A stretch of 6,455 nt of DNA from a virus (Duplodnaviria > Heunggongvirae > Uroviricota > Caudoviricetes): the IMG/VR virus record IMGVR_UViG_2751185961_000002. One strand, given 5' to 3'. The position numbers were made by a program, and so were the translations under genes. Positions 1-5,417 of the stretch are shown here, piece by piece. Numbering within the stretch: the first letter of the stretch is position 1; every line of letters starts with the position of its first letter. The notes beneath the pieces are model-generated. The model made no database searches, had not been told where the DNA came from, and saw nothing but the letters and a program-made list of their open reading frames with translations.

Positions 1-67
1 CACCACGCCTTCAGTAGCGGAGCAGGAAGGACATCTGATGGAAATGGAAGCCACGCAAGCACCTTAA
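1..67 (+). CDS. 3' end of an upstream plus-strand gene (product unknown); C-terminus ...TTPSVAEQEGHLMEMEATQAP*
   Basis: Frame starting at position 2 is open from the window edge to TAA at 65-67, 20 nt before the stop of the convergent minus-strand gene. The other open frame (frame 1, open to 309) would run antisense through the neighbouring gene. No recognisable motif. Confidence 0.25.
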   Translation, partial: TTPSVAEQEGHLMEMEATQAP

Positions 68-87
68 AATCACCATCATACACTAAA

Positions 88-645
88 TCAGTAAGTTGGC
101 AGCATTACCTGAACTGCTTTATTGGCATCAATTCGTACAATATGAGCCCATTCCTTCATCTGTTCAGTGATCAGGCCTTTTTTGTAAATCATCTGAATAC
201 GTTGCGACAGCGATTCTTTTCCTGCTTCATCGCCGAGCAGTTTTTTCGTGGAGATATCGAGGACTCTGCGACAAAGAATAACCACTGTGTCGTACCGCCT
301 CCTCTGTAAATCCTCTTTTGCCTCAACAAAAGTACGGTCTGCAACCGGGGGCGTATATTCTGGTGCGGTAATTTTTTTGACCACAGGATAGATCTTGCGG
401 AAACGGTACTGGCTATTTCCTGAAATCAGAATATCGAGGTCTTTTTTCTGGCTTTCCGCCATGGGACCGTGATAGTGGTCTGATGGGATTTCAACAATAG
501 CAACACCTCCTCGATGACAACTTCTGCATACAAAAGCGACGTTAAAAAAAGGTGTTTTTTCAATTTGTTTTTCGGCAAATGCCTCAATAACAGCTCGCTC
601 TTTTAAACAGTGCGGGCATGTGATATCAAAGGAGACTAAACCCAT
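88..645 (-). CDS. Hypothetical protein, 185 aa: N-terminal zinc ribbon (CPHC...CRSC) plus C-terminal DUF4145-like domain; candidate defence/exclusion moron gene
   Basis: ORF 88..717; start assigned to the ATG at 645-643 (MGLVSFDITCPHC...) because a GAGGAA Shine-Dalgarno lies 4 nt upstream on the minus strand (complement of 650-655). Two CxxC pairs about 23 aa apart. The C-terminal stretch LCRRVLDISTKKLLGDEAG...KGLITEQMKEWAHIVRIDANKAV matches my memory of the DUF4145 consensus (...aRraLE...Lg...kg.i...l.ew.d.iR..GN.aaH). Domain assignment is from memory, not a search. Confidence 0.65.
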   Translation of the reverse strand: MGLVSFDITCPHCLKERAVIEAFAEKQIEKTPFFNVAFVCRSCHRGGVAIVEIPSDHYHGPMAESQKKDLDILISGNSQYRFRKIYPVVKKITAPEYTPPVADRTFVEAKEDLQRRRYDTVVILCRRVLDISTKKLLGDEAGKESLSQRIQMIYKKGLITEQMKEWAHIVRIDANKAVQVMLPTY

Positions 646-889
646 GGATATTCCTCGCGAAATTAAAGAAATTAACGAAATCATTGAGGTTACTGATCGC
701 CCCGAGTTTACCCTCATGCGTCGTTATGAAACAGGAACCGACGAACAAAAATACATCATGGTTACAGCATTGGCTGTGATGGCGATAGAAAGGGAGCGAA
801 GGGAAAAGGACGTAATGGTTATTCCTGAGAGAAATGATTCACCGGATTTGAGATGGCAGGAGCCGGAGTGGGATGTGGTAATCCGGTGA
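644..889 (+). CDS. Possible small acidic protein (81 aa) of unknown function; start overlaps the divergent start of the 88..645 gene
   Basis: ATG at 644-646 preceded by AAGGAG (629-634) with 9-nt spacing; open to TGA at 887-889; sequence MDIPREIKEINEIIEVTDRPEFTLMRRYETGTDEQKY... No recognised family. May be spurious. Confidence 0.25.
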   Translation: MDIPREIKEINEIIEVTDRPEFTLMRRYETGTDEQKYIMVTALAVMAIERERREKDVMVIPERNDSPDLRWQEPEWDVVIR

Positions 890-936
890 TTGATATTTCT
901 CTGGGGTAAAGCGCCGCCAGAATGACGGCGCGGTGG

Positions 937-1242
937 TTAAGCATGAGGCGAAATTTCTGCCGGGCGGTATTTTGTTGAGAGATGAGATACGTCAACTTCT
1001 CTTTCCGCTTTTTCGAGGCTCCATGCCGTCTGGAGACGAATCCATGAAGACGGAGTTCCACCCAGGACAGCAGCGAGACGAACAGCCATTTCAGGAGATA
1101 TTGTCGCATTACCTGAAACCAGTCGCTGAACAGTGGAAGGCGCGACATCAAGCGCTCTTGCCAGTTCCCTGATTCCAATATTCTGATCTTCCAGAATATC
1201 AGCAATAATTTCTCCGGGATGAGGGGGGTTAAACATCGCCAT
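937..1242 (-). CDS. higA: HigA-family antitoxin (HTH/XRE DNA-binding), 101 aa
   Basis: Sequence ...NPPHPGEIIADILEDQNIGIRELARALDVAPSTVQRLVSGNATISPEMAVRLAAVLGGTPSSWIRLQTAWSLEKAE matches the HigA addiction-module antidote signature (HPGE...helix-turn-helix...WLRLQ). Start ATG (1242-1240) overlaps the stop of the upstream toxin gene by 1 nt (TAATG). Confidence 0.85.
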   Translation of the reverse strand: MAMFNPPHPGEIIADILEDQNIGIRELARALDVAPSTVQRLVSGNATISPEMAVRLAAVLGGTPSSWIRLQTAWSLEKAEREVDVSHLSTKYRPAEISPHA

Positions 1243-1520
1243 TAGTGGTAATCCTCGTAGTTAAGAATATAAGCATCGCCGTTCCGAAACTCGAATGTGA
1301 TTCTCCAGTTACCGGAGACGGTGACAGACCATGTATCGGATCTGTCCCCCTGCAACTGGTGCAGCCTGTACCCGGCAAGGTTAATATCATCAATGATTTC
1401 AGCTTGATCTATTACCTGAAGGCGCGTTCTCAGGCGTTTAACGTGATTGGGATTTATGCCTGATGCATTTCCTGTTTCAAAGAAACGTTGAAGTCCTTTG
1501 TGTTTCCAGCTTTTTATCAT
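1242..1520 (-). CDS. higB: HigB-family toxin (RelE/ParE superfamily mRNA interferase, 'plasmid maintenance system killer'), 92 aa
   Basis: Start chosen at the internal ATG (1520-1518, MIKSWKHKGLQRFFETG...) with AGGAAA SD about 6 nt upstream. C-terminus ...GDRSDTWSVTVSGNWRITFEFRNGDAYILNYEDYH is the classic HigB motif (cf. Rts1 HigB). Toxin-first order and 1-nt overlap with higA are typical of higBA. Confidence 0.85.
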   Translation of the reverse strand: MIKSWKHKGLQRFFETGNASGINPNHVKRLRTRLQVIDQAEIIDDINLAGYRLHQLQGDRSDTWSVTVSGNWRITFEFRNGDAYILNYEDYH

Positions 1521-1547
1521 GCTTGTTTCCTGTTGCGTTACGCGAAT

Positions 1548-1576
1548 CATTATAGCGACTGTTGTGTAATGCGCAA
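1548..1576 (-). promoter_or_regulatory. Candidate sigma70 promoter for higBA: -35 TTGCGC (complement of 1571-1576), 17-nt spacer, -10 TATAAT (complement of 1548-1553)
   Basis: Perfect TATAAT on the minus strand about 28 nt upstream of the higB start; partial palindrome GTTGTGTAATGCGCAAC overlaps the spacer and -35 and could be a HigA operator. Confidence 0.4.
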
Positions 1577-1583
1577 CGGTTGT

Positions 1584-1613
1584 TTGACAAAAATAGGTAT
1601 CCGGGATTATATT
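1584..1613 (+). promoter_or_regulatory. Candidate plus-strand sigma70 promoter, divergent from the higBA promoter: -35 TTGACA (1584-1589), 18-nt spacer, -10 TATATT (1608-1613)
   Basis: Perfect -35 hexamer and 5/6 -10 hexamer; predicted start near 1620, about 80 nt upstream of an intrinsic terminator. Confidence 0.4.
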
Positions 1614-1676
1614 CACCGCACGCCAGCAAAATCTGGCGTCGGGATTAGGAACCCCGGATATTCAACCGCGACAGAC

Positions 1677-1699
1677 ACACGCCGCGAGCGTGTTTTTTA
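1677..1699 (+). terminator. Rho-independent terminator (tR2-like position, or terminator of a short leader RNA)
   Basis: Stem ACACGC (1677-1682) / GCGTGT (1688-1693), loop CGCGA, followed by TTTTTTATT. Confidence 0.55.
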
Positions 1700-1863
1700 T
1701 TGTCGTATGCACACGCACATCTGAATTATGGTGGGGCGTATGGGGCAGCCGAAAGGCTGGCCGGTTGGTTGATCCGGTAGTTCCTAACCCTGTACGTCTC
1801 GCCACCCGATGATTAGGAACCTGACGGTGGTGAATGAAAAACTCATCAACCGGAGGCGTCACT

Positions 1864-2535
1864 ATGACAACTCAAGTTTCTGTTGAAACACTCTCCACGA
1901 TTACTTACAAGCAGATCCCCGTTATCACTACTGAACTTTTGGCGCACCTTTACGGCACAGAAGCTATTCGTATTCGCCAGAATCACCACGAAAACAAAGG
2001 TCGTTTCATTGAGGAAAAACACTTCTTCAAACTTGAAGGTGAAACTTTACGTGAGTTCAAGCACAGAGTAGCTTTTAACTACTCTGTGAAAATTGCCCGT
2101 AACGTTCGTTCCCTCATCCTCTGGACTGAACGCGGCGCTGCCCGTCATGCAAAAATGCTCGAAACCGATCGGGCGTGGGAGGTGTTCGAAAAACTGGAAG
2201 ACTGCTATTTCAGCCAGGGAAAAACAGCACCAACCGAACAGCAGCCGCAGATTCAGCCACAATTCACAGCCGAGGAAATCATCCTCCTTTGCTACATGCA
2301 ACTCTGGATGGAAAAAGCCCAGGACCTTAGCAAGCAGCTGTACCCCATAATGAAAGAGCTGAACTCCTCATACACGAACAAGCTGTATGACATTGCGTTT
2401 GAGACTATCTACATGGTGACGAAGAACAGAGACGCGCTACTAAGGGAGGTAACACGTCTCGACATGTCAAGTTCCGTTATCCAGCGGGCCATGCCAATGC
2501 TGAAAAGCCTGCGGGCAAGACAATTTGAATTCTGA
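1864..2535 (+). CDS. ORF6N-domain phage protein (Roi / antirepressor-like DNA-binding), 223 aa
   Basis: Start at ATG 1864 (MTTQVSVETL...) with GGAGG SD 7 nt upstream. N-terminal region IPVITTELLAHLYGTEAIRIRQNHHENKGRFIEEKHFFKLEGETLREF fits the ORF6N consensus (...LAelYgvetk.lnqnvkrN.eRF.e..fmFqLt.eE...). C-terminal half not recognised. Confidence 0.8.
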   Translation: MTTQVSVETLSTITYKQIPVITTELLAHLYGTEAIRIRQNHHENKGRFIEEKHFFKLEGETLREFKHRVAFNYSVKIARNVRSLILWTERGAARHAKMLETDRAWEVFEKLEDCYFSQGKTAPTEQQPQIQPQFTAEEIILLCYMQLWMEKAQDLSKQLYPIMKELNSSYTNKLYDIAFETIYMVTKNRDALLREVTRLDMSSSVIQRAMPMLKSLRARQFEF

Positions 2536-2540
2536 AACTA

Positions 2541-2562
2541 AAGGAGCTTCGGCTCCTTTTTT
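2541..2562 (+). terminator. Rho-independent terminator between the ORF6N gene and ninB (nin-region terminator)
   Basis: Stem AAGGAGC (2541-2547) / GCTCCTT (2552-2558) with UUCG tetraloop, followed by a T-run. Confidence 0.65.
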
Positions 2563-2589
2563 GTTGGGAAAATCCAGTGAGAGGGAATA

Positions 2590-3000
2590 ATGAACCAGAC
2601 TATCTTCCTCCGAAGTAAGCAGCAGCAACAATTCGCCATTAACGCCATCCTTGCAACAACTCTCGATAAAGACAAACCCGTTACGATCCGTATCACCGAT
2701 TACAAGCGTAATCTCGCTCAAAATGCAAAATTTCACGCGATGGTCGCTGATATATCCCGCCAGGTTAAGTGGTGCGGCAGGTGGCTAAAACCAGAACAGT
2801 GGAAAGTTTTGTTAATCAGCGGTCATGCCGTGGCGACAAAACAGGAAGCTGATGTTTTGCCAGGTCTTGAAGGTGAATACGTCAATATCCGCGAAAGCAG
2901 TGCGCAGATGAGCGTGAAGCGTATGGCAAGCCTGATTGAGTACACAACTTCCTGGGCTGTGGATCAGGGTGTCAGATTTACCGACAGGAGGTATGAATGA
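2590..3000 (+). CDS. ninB: NinB (Orf-family recombination mediator), 136 aa
   Basis: GAGGGAA SD before ATG 2590. Matches lambda NinB as I recall it (e.g. ...[34 protein letters not shown]... versus lambda ...RSLDQNRKLWACLGDVSRQVEWHGRWLDAESWKC...). Confidence 0.9.
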   Translation: MNQTIFLRSKQQQQFAINAILATTLDKDKPVTIRITDYKRNLAQNAKFHAMVADISRQVKWCGRWLKPEQWKVLLISGHAVATKQEADVLPGLEGEYVNIRESSAQMSVKRMASLIEYTTSWAVDQGVRFTDRRYE

Positions 3001-3188
3001 GACGACAGCGACGAAGCATCACCGATATCGTCTGTGAAAACTGCAATTACCTTCCAACCAAACGCTCCCGAAATAAACCCAGGCCAGTCCCCAAAGAATC
3101 TGATGTTAAAACCTTCAACTATACGGCTCACCTGTGGGATATCCGGTGGCTAAGGCGTCGAGCAAGATTTAATTGTCACTCCGGATAG
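2997..3188 (+). CDS. ninE: NinE, 63 aa
   Basis: [56 protein letters not shown]... is nearly identical to lambda NinE as I recall it; start overlaps the ninB stop (ATGA). Confidence 0.9.
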   Translation: MRRQRRSITDIVCENCNYLPTKRSRNKPRPVPKESDVKTFNYTAHLWDIRWLRRRARFNCHSG

Positions 3189-3208
3189 CCTACTGCATGA
3201 GGAATAAG

Positions 3209-3502
3209 ATGATGACAAACCTACGCAAAGAAGCGCGCGGCAGAGAATGCCAGGTACGGATTTATGGCGTATGCAATGGCAACCCTGAAACTACAGTTCT
3301 GGCGCATTACCGAATGGCTGGAATTTGCGGAACGGGAACAAAGCCAGATGATCTGTTGGCTGCATGGGCCTGTAGTGACTGCCATAATGAAATCGATCGC
3401 CGTACTCGCATTCTCGACAACAACGACGCCAGACTTTACCACCTGGAAGGCGTGATCAGGACGCTGGCGATATTGCTGAAGGAGGGGAAGATTAAGTCAT
3501 GA
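3209..3502 (+). CDS. ybcO: YbcO-like DUF1364 protein (putative nin-region nuclease), 97 aa
   Basis: Start at ATG 3209 (GAGGAA SD at 3200-3205). Sequence ...EARGRECQVRIYGVCNGNPETTVLAHYRMAGICGTGTKPDDLLAAWACSDCHNEIDRR... matches the YbcO/DUF1364 family found between ninE and rusA in DLP12-type prophages. Confidence 0.8.
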   Translation: MMTNLRKEARGRECQVRIYGVCNGNPETTVLAHYRMAGICGTGTKPDDLLAAWACSDCHNEIDRRTRILDNNDARLYHLEGVIRTLAILLKEGKIKS

Positions 3503-3861
3503 ATGAATATGAGTTTGTGCTTCCCTGGCCGCCGACGGTGAATACCTACTGGCGAAGACGGGGAAGCCAGTACTACATCAGCGATAAAGGCCAGAAATAC
3601 CGAAAAGACGTACAGCAAATCATCCGGCAACTCAGATTAGACATTTTCACTAAATCACGACTTCGCATCACAATTATTGCTGAACCACCAGATTCCCGCC
3701 GTCGCGACCTCGATAACATCCTGAAAGGTTTACTCGACTCTCTTATCCACGCCGGATTTGCGGAAGACGACGTGCAATTCGATGACATTCGCGTAATTCG
3801 CAGCGTGAAAGTGCCTGGCGGTAGAGTGGGGATAAAAATCACCGAACTGGAGAACATATGA
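3499..3861 (+). CDS. rusA: RusA Holliday-junction resolvase, 120 aa
   Basis: ...FVLPWPPTVNTYWRRRG...PDSRRRDLDNILKGLLDSLIHAGFAEDDVQFDDIRVIR... carries the RusA signature (LPWPPS.N.Y, RRRDLDN catalytic region); start overlaps the ybcO stop (ATGA). Confidence 0.9.
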   Translation: MNEYEFVLPWPPTVNTYWRRRGSQYYISDKGQKYRKDVQQIIRQLRLDIFTKSRLRITIIAEPPDSRRRDLDNILKGLLDSLIHAGFAEDDVQFDDIRVIRSVKVPGGRVGIKITELENI

Positions 3862-4058
3862 ACGCCACAATTCAAACAATACCGGAATTGCTTATCCAGG
3901 CACGAGGCAATATGACTGAAGTTTCACGAAAACTGAACTGTAATCGTGCTACGGTCAGAAAATATGTCGGTGATAAAGAAGGCAAACGGCACGCCGTCGT
4001 CAACGGTGTCCTTATGGTTCATCGTGGATGGGATAAGGGGAAAGCTACTGATGCGTGA
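3858..4058 (+). CDS. ninH: NinH, 66 aa
   Basis: ...TIPELLIQARGNMTEVSRKLNCNRATVRKYVGDKEGKRHAVVNGVLMVHRGW closely resembles lambda NinH as I recall it (...TIPDMLVEAYGNQTEVARRLKCSRGTVRKYVDDKDGKMHAIVNDVLMVHRGW...); start overlaps the rusA stop. Confidence 0.85.
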   Translation: MNATIQTIPELLIQARGNMTEVSRKLNCNRATVRKYVGDKEGKRHAVVNGVLMVHRGWDKGKATDA

Positions 4059-4293
4059 TATTCAGCAGGTGCCTGAACGCATGGCTTTATTCAGGTCGTC
4101 TGGAAAAGCGCATGAGCAGCGTAATAGCGGAGTTCATGGCGAAGAGTATATGAACAGATTATTCGAATGCTATATGAGACTGAAGCACGGAGATCGCTAT
4201 GACCTGACATGTGATGCTGACGGCTTCTACTGCCGTGAAGTTGTGAAACGAATGTTTGAAGTGTGGTGTCATTGTAAAGGATGGGGGCTGTGA
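4051..4293 (+). CDS. Small Cys-rich protein, 80 aa, unknown function; possibly a Q-related zinc-binding module
   Basis: ATG 4051 overlaps the ninH stop (ATGCGTGA); MRDIQQVPER...CYMRLKHGDRYDLTCDADGFYCREVVKRMFEVWCHCKGWGL. The N-terminus MRDIQxVxER resembles, from memory only, the start of the short 933W/DLP12-type Q antiterminators. Unverified. Confidence 0.5.
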   Translation: MRDIQQVPERMALFRSSGKAHEQRNSGVHGEEYMNRLFECYMRLKHGDRYDLTCDADGFYCREVVKRMFEVWCHCKGWGL

Positions 4294-4907
4294 TGCGGCT
4301 AACCCCAGTATTCGGCATGGTTAACTTTATTAATGATGCTCATTTCCGCCGCATATGGAGGCATCCGAAGAAAATCATTAACTCTCGTCAGAAAGCATGG
4401 GTTCACTACATGCTACAGGTATGGGGAAATGTTAACGCTGGTGATGATTCTCCTTGTGGTGCAATTAACGTTATTGGGCGACTGATGATTCGCAGTCAGT
4501 GGAGCGATGACAAAGCTAAGCAGATTGAGTCTGTTGTCATGCGTCTGTATGAAGAAGACGGACTACGTGGAGATGAACTCCATCAGAAAGCCCGAGAACT
4601 GGTCATCCCTCAGTCATCGGCAGGTAATATCATTGCTCTCGCCAAAGAATCCGATGATGCTGCTTTCGTTGAACGTGTGATGGTTGAGACCTTTCATCGT
4701 GAAAGCCCTGTCCGTGATGTAGCTATTAGGCGATATTGCAATCGCGACAGCACGCAAGATATCGCCAGGATGATTTCTCAGATAACAGGAGTTGATATTC
4801 AGTATTGCCGGAGGCGGGTCGTGTGGTGCGAGAGGGTCCTTGATTCAGAAATGTTTTATGCAATGAAGCGAGAATTGGAGAAAGAACTTCTAGTGATTGC
4901 TGGATGA
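4293..4907 (+). CDS. 204-aa protein in the Q (late antiterminator) position; function assigned by synteny only
   Basis: ATG 4293 overlaps the upstream TGA (TGATG) and follows a GGGGG SD-like run. Last gene before the candidate pR'-tR' unit, which is where Q sits in lambdoid phages. The sequence does not resemble lambda Q as I recall it, so the family is unassigned. Confidence 0.5.
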   Translation: MRLTPVFGMVNFINDAHFRRIWRHPKKIINSRQKAWVHYMLQVWGNVNAGDDSPCGAINVIGRLMIRSQWSDDKAKQIESVVMRLYEEDGLRGDELHQKARELVIPQSSAGNIIALAKESDDAAFVERVMVETFHRESPVRDVAIRRYCNRDSTQDIARMISQITGVDIQYCRRRVVWCERVLDSEMFYAMKRELEKELLVIAG

Positions 4908-4931
4908 TGCAAAATATTTTTTGTAAATGCG

Positions 4932-4960
4932 TTGCTTTCGAGAAATGAAAGTAGTATGTT
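4932..4960 (+). promoter_or_regulatory. Candidate late promoter pR': -35 TTGCTT (4932-4937), 17-nt spacer, -10 TATGTT (4955-4960)
   Basis: Position immediately downstream of the Q-position gene and about 110-130 nt upstream of a strong terminator mirrors the lambda pR'-6S RNA-tR' layout. Hexamers are only 4/6 matches. Confidence 0.35.
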
Positions 4961-5067
4961 TTGTGTATGCTCGGAGCAAAAGCGCACTGAGAAGCGAAAG
5001 AGAAATCCTGATTTACCTCGGTCGTCGATAATATTTAGGATCGGCATACTGGCTAGATTAGGTAAAG

Positions 5068-5098
5068 GCCTCGGCAGAAATGTCGGGGCTTTTTGTTT
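5068..5098 (+). terminator. tR'-like rho-independent terminator
   Basis: Stem GCCTCGGC (5068-5075) / GTCGGGGC (5082-5089), two G-U pairs, loop AGAAAT, then TTTTTGTTT. The following GCACAACAGGTAAGAGCATTGA matches my memory of the sequence just downstream of lambda tR'. Confidence 0.7.
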
Positions 5099-5171
5099 GC
5101 ACAACAGGTAAGAGCATTGAACCCGCAGACCTCGTGGAATTGGTGAAAGGTGTGCGCAGTGCTCTTATCGT

Positions 5172-5298
5172 TGTGGTGAAGCTCAATGGCGAGCTAGCAG
5201 ACAGGCGACTGTGAAAATACTAGTCATGTAGCGGATCGCCGCGCGTATTGTAATCGGCAGCGCACCGATGGGAGCTGGTTCGATTCCGGCCGCCACAA
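5172..5298 (+). ncRNA. tRNA-like element in the late leader (atypical; probably a degenerate tRNA or tRNA-derived structure, not a canonical tRNA)
   Basis: Canonical T-arm GCTGG-TTCGATT-CCGGC (5274-5290); perfect 5-bp anticodon-like stem ATCGG/CCGAT (5253-5257 / 5265-5269) with 7-nt loop CAGCGCA (no U33); acceptor-like pairing TGTAGCG (5227-5233) / CGCCACA (5291-5297) with one mismatch; no D-arm; no encoded CCA. Enclosed by a longer stem GTTGTGGTG (5170-5178) / CGCCACAAT (5291-5299). Confidence 0.35.
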
Positions 5299-5417
5299 TC
5301 CAAACTGAGCCGTAGCCTCTGGGTGTCCTGAATTCATCAGTGATAGTTACGCTGCGGCCTTCTACATACGATTTTTGTGAAAAGCGGGTGGCAAGAGGCT
5401 GCGAAATTTTTAAATAC

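Noticed and set aside
819-1205. Minus-strand ORF (128 aa) and plus-strand ORFs 933..1172 and 1245..1463 overlapping higA/higB
   Set aside because: They lie in alternative frames or antisense to the well-supported higA/higB genes, with no SD or family signal; most likely spurious.
1488-1862. ORFs 1488..1724 (+) and 1662..1862 (-) in the promoter/leader region
   Set aside because: They span the divergent promoters, hairpins and the intrinsic terminator; composition looks noncoding and no SD precedes them.
1883-2736. Short ORFs 1883..2071, 2093..2350 (+) and 2047..2301, 2467..2736 (-) inside or antisense to the ORF6N gene and ninB
   Set aside because: Embedded in or antisense to confidently assigned genes; no independent support.
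3221-3875. ORFs 3221..3442 (-), 3264..3455 (+), 3436..3630 (-) and 3573..3875 (-) overlapping ybcO and rusA
   Set aside because: Alternative-frame or antisense overlaps of recognised nin genes.
3946-4050. Upstream extension of the small Cys-rich ORF (ORF track start at 3946)
   Set aside because: The extension would overlap most of ninH in another frame; the ATG at 4051 gives the usual coupled stop/start overlap and the MRDIQ N-terminus.
4091-4318. Minus-strand ORF 4091..4318 (75 aa)
   Set aside because: Antisense to the Q-position gene pair; no signals.
4856-5104. Minus-strand ORF (82 aa) across the pR'/tR' interval
   Set aside because: It covers the candidate late promoter and terminator, which are better explained as regulatory RNA/DNA elements.
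5227-5298. Calling the tRNA-like element a functional tRNA-Arg (anticodon GCG)
   Set aside because: No D-arm, A instead of U at position 33, C at position 37, a mismatch in the acceptor stem and no encoded CCA; I report it only as a tRNA-like element.
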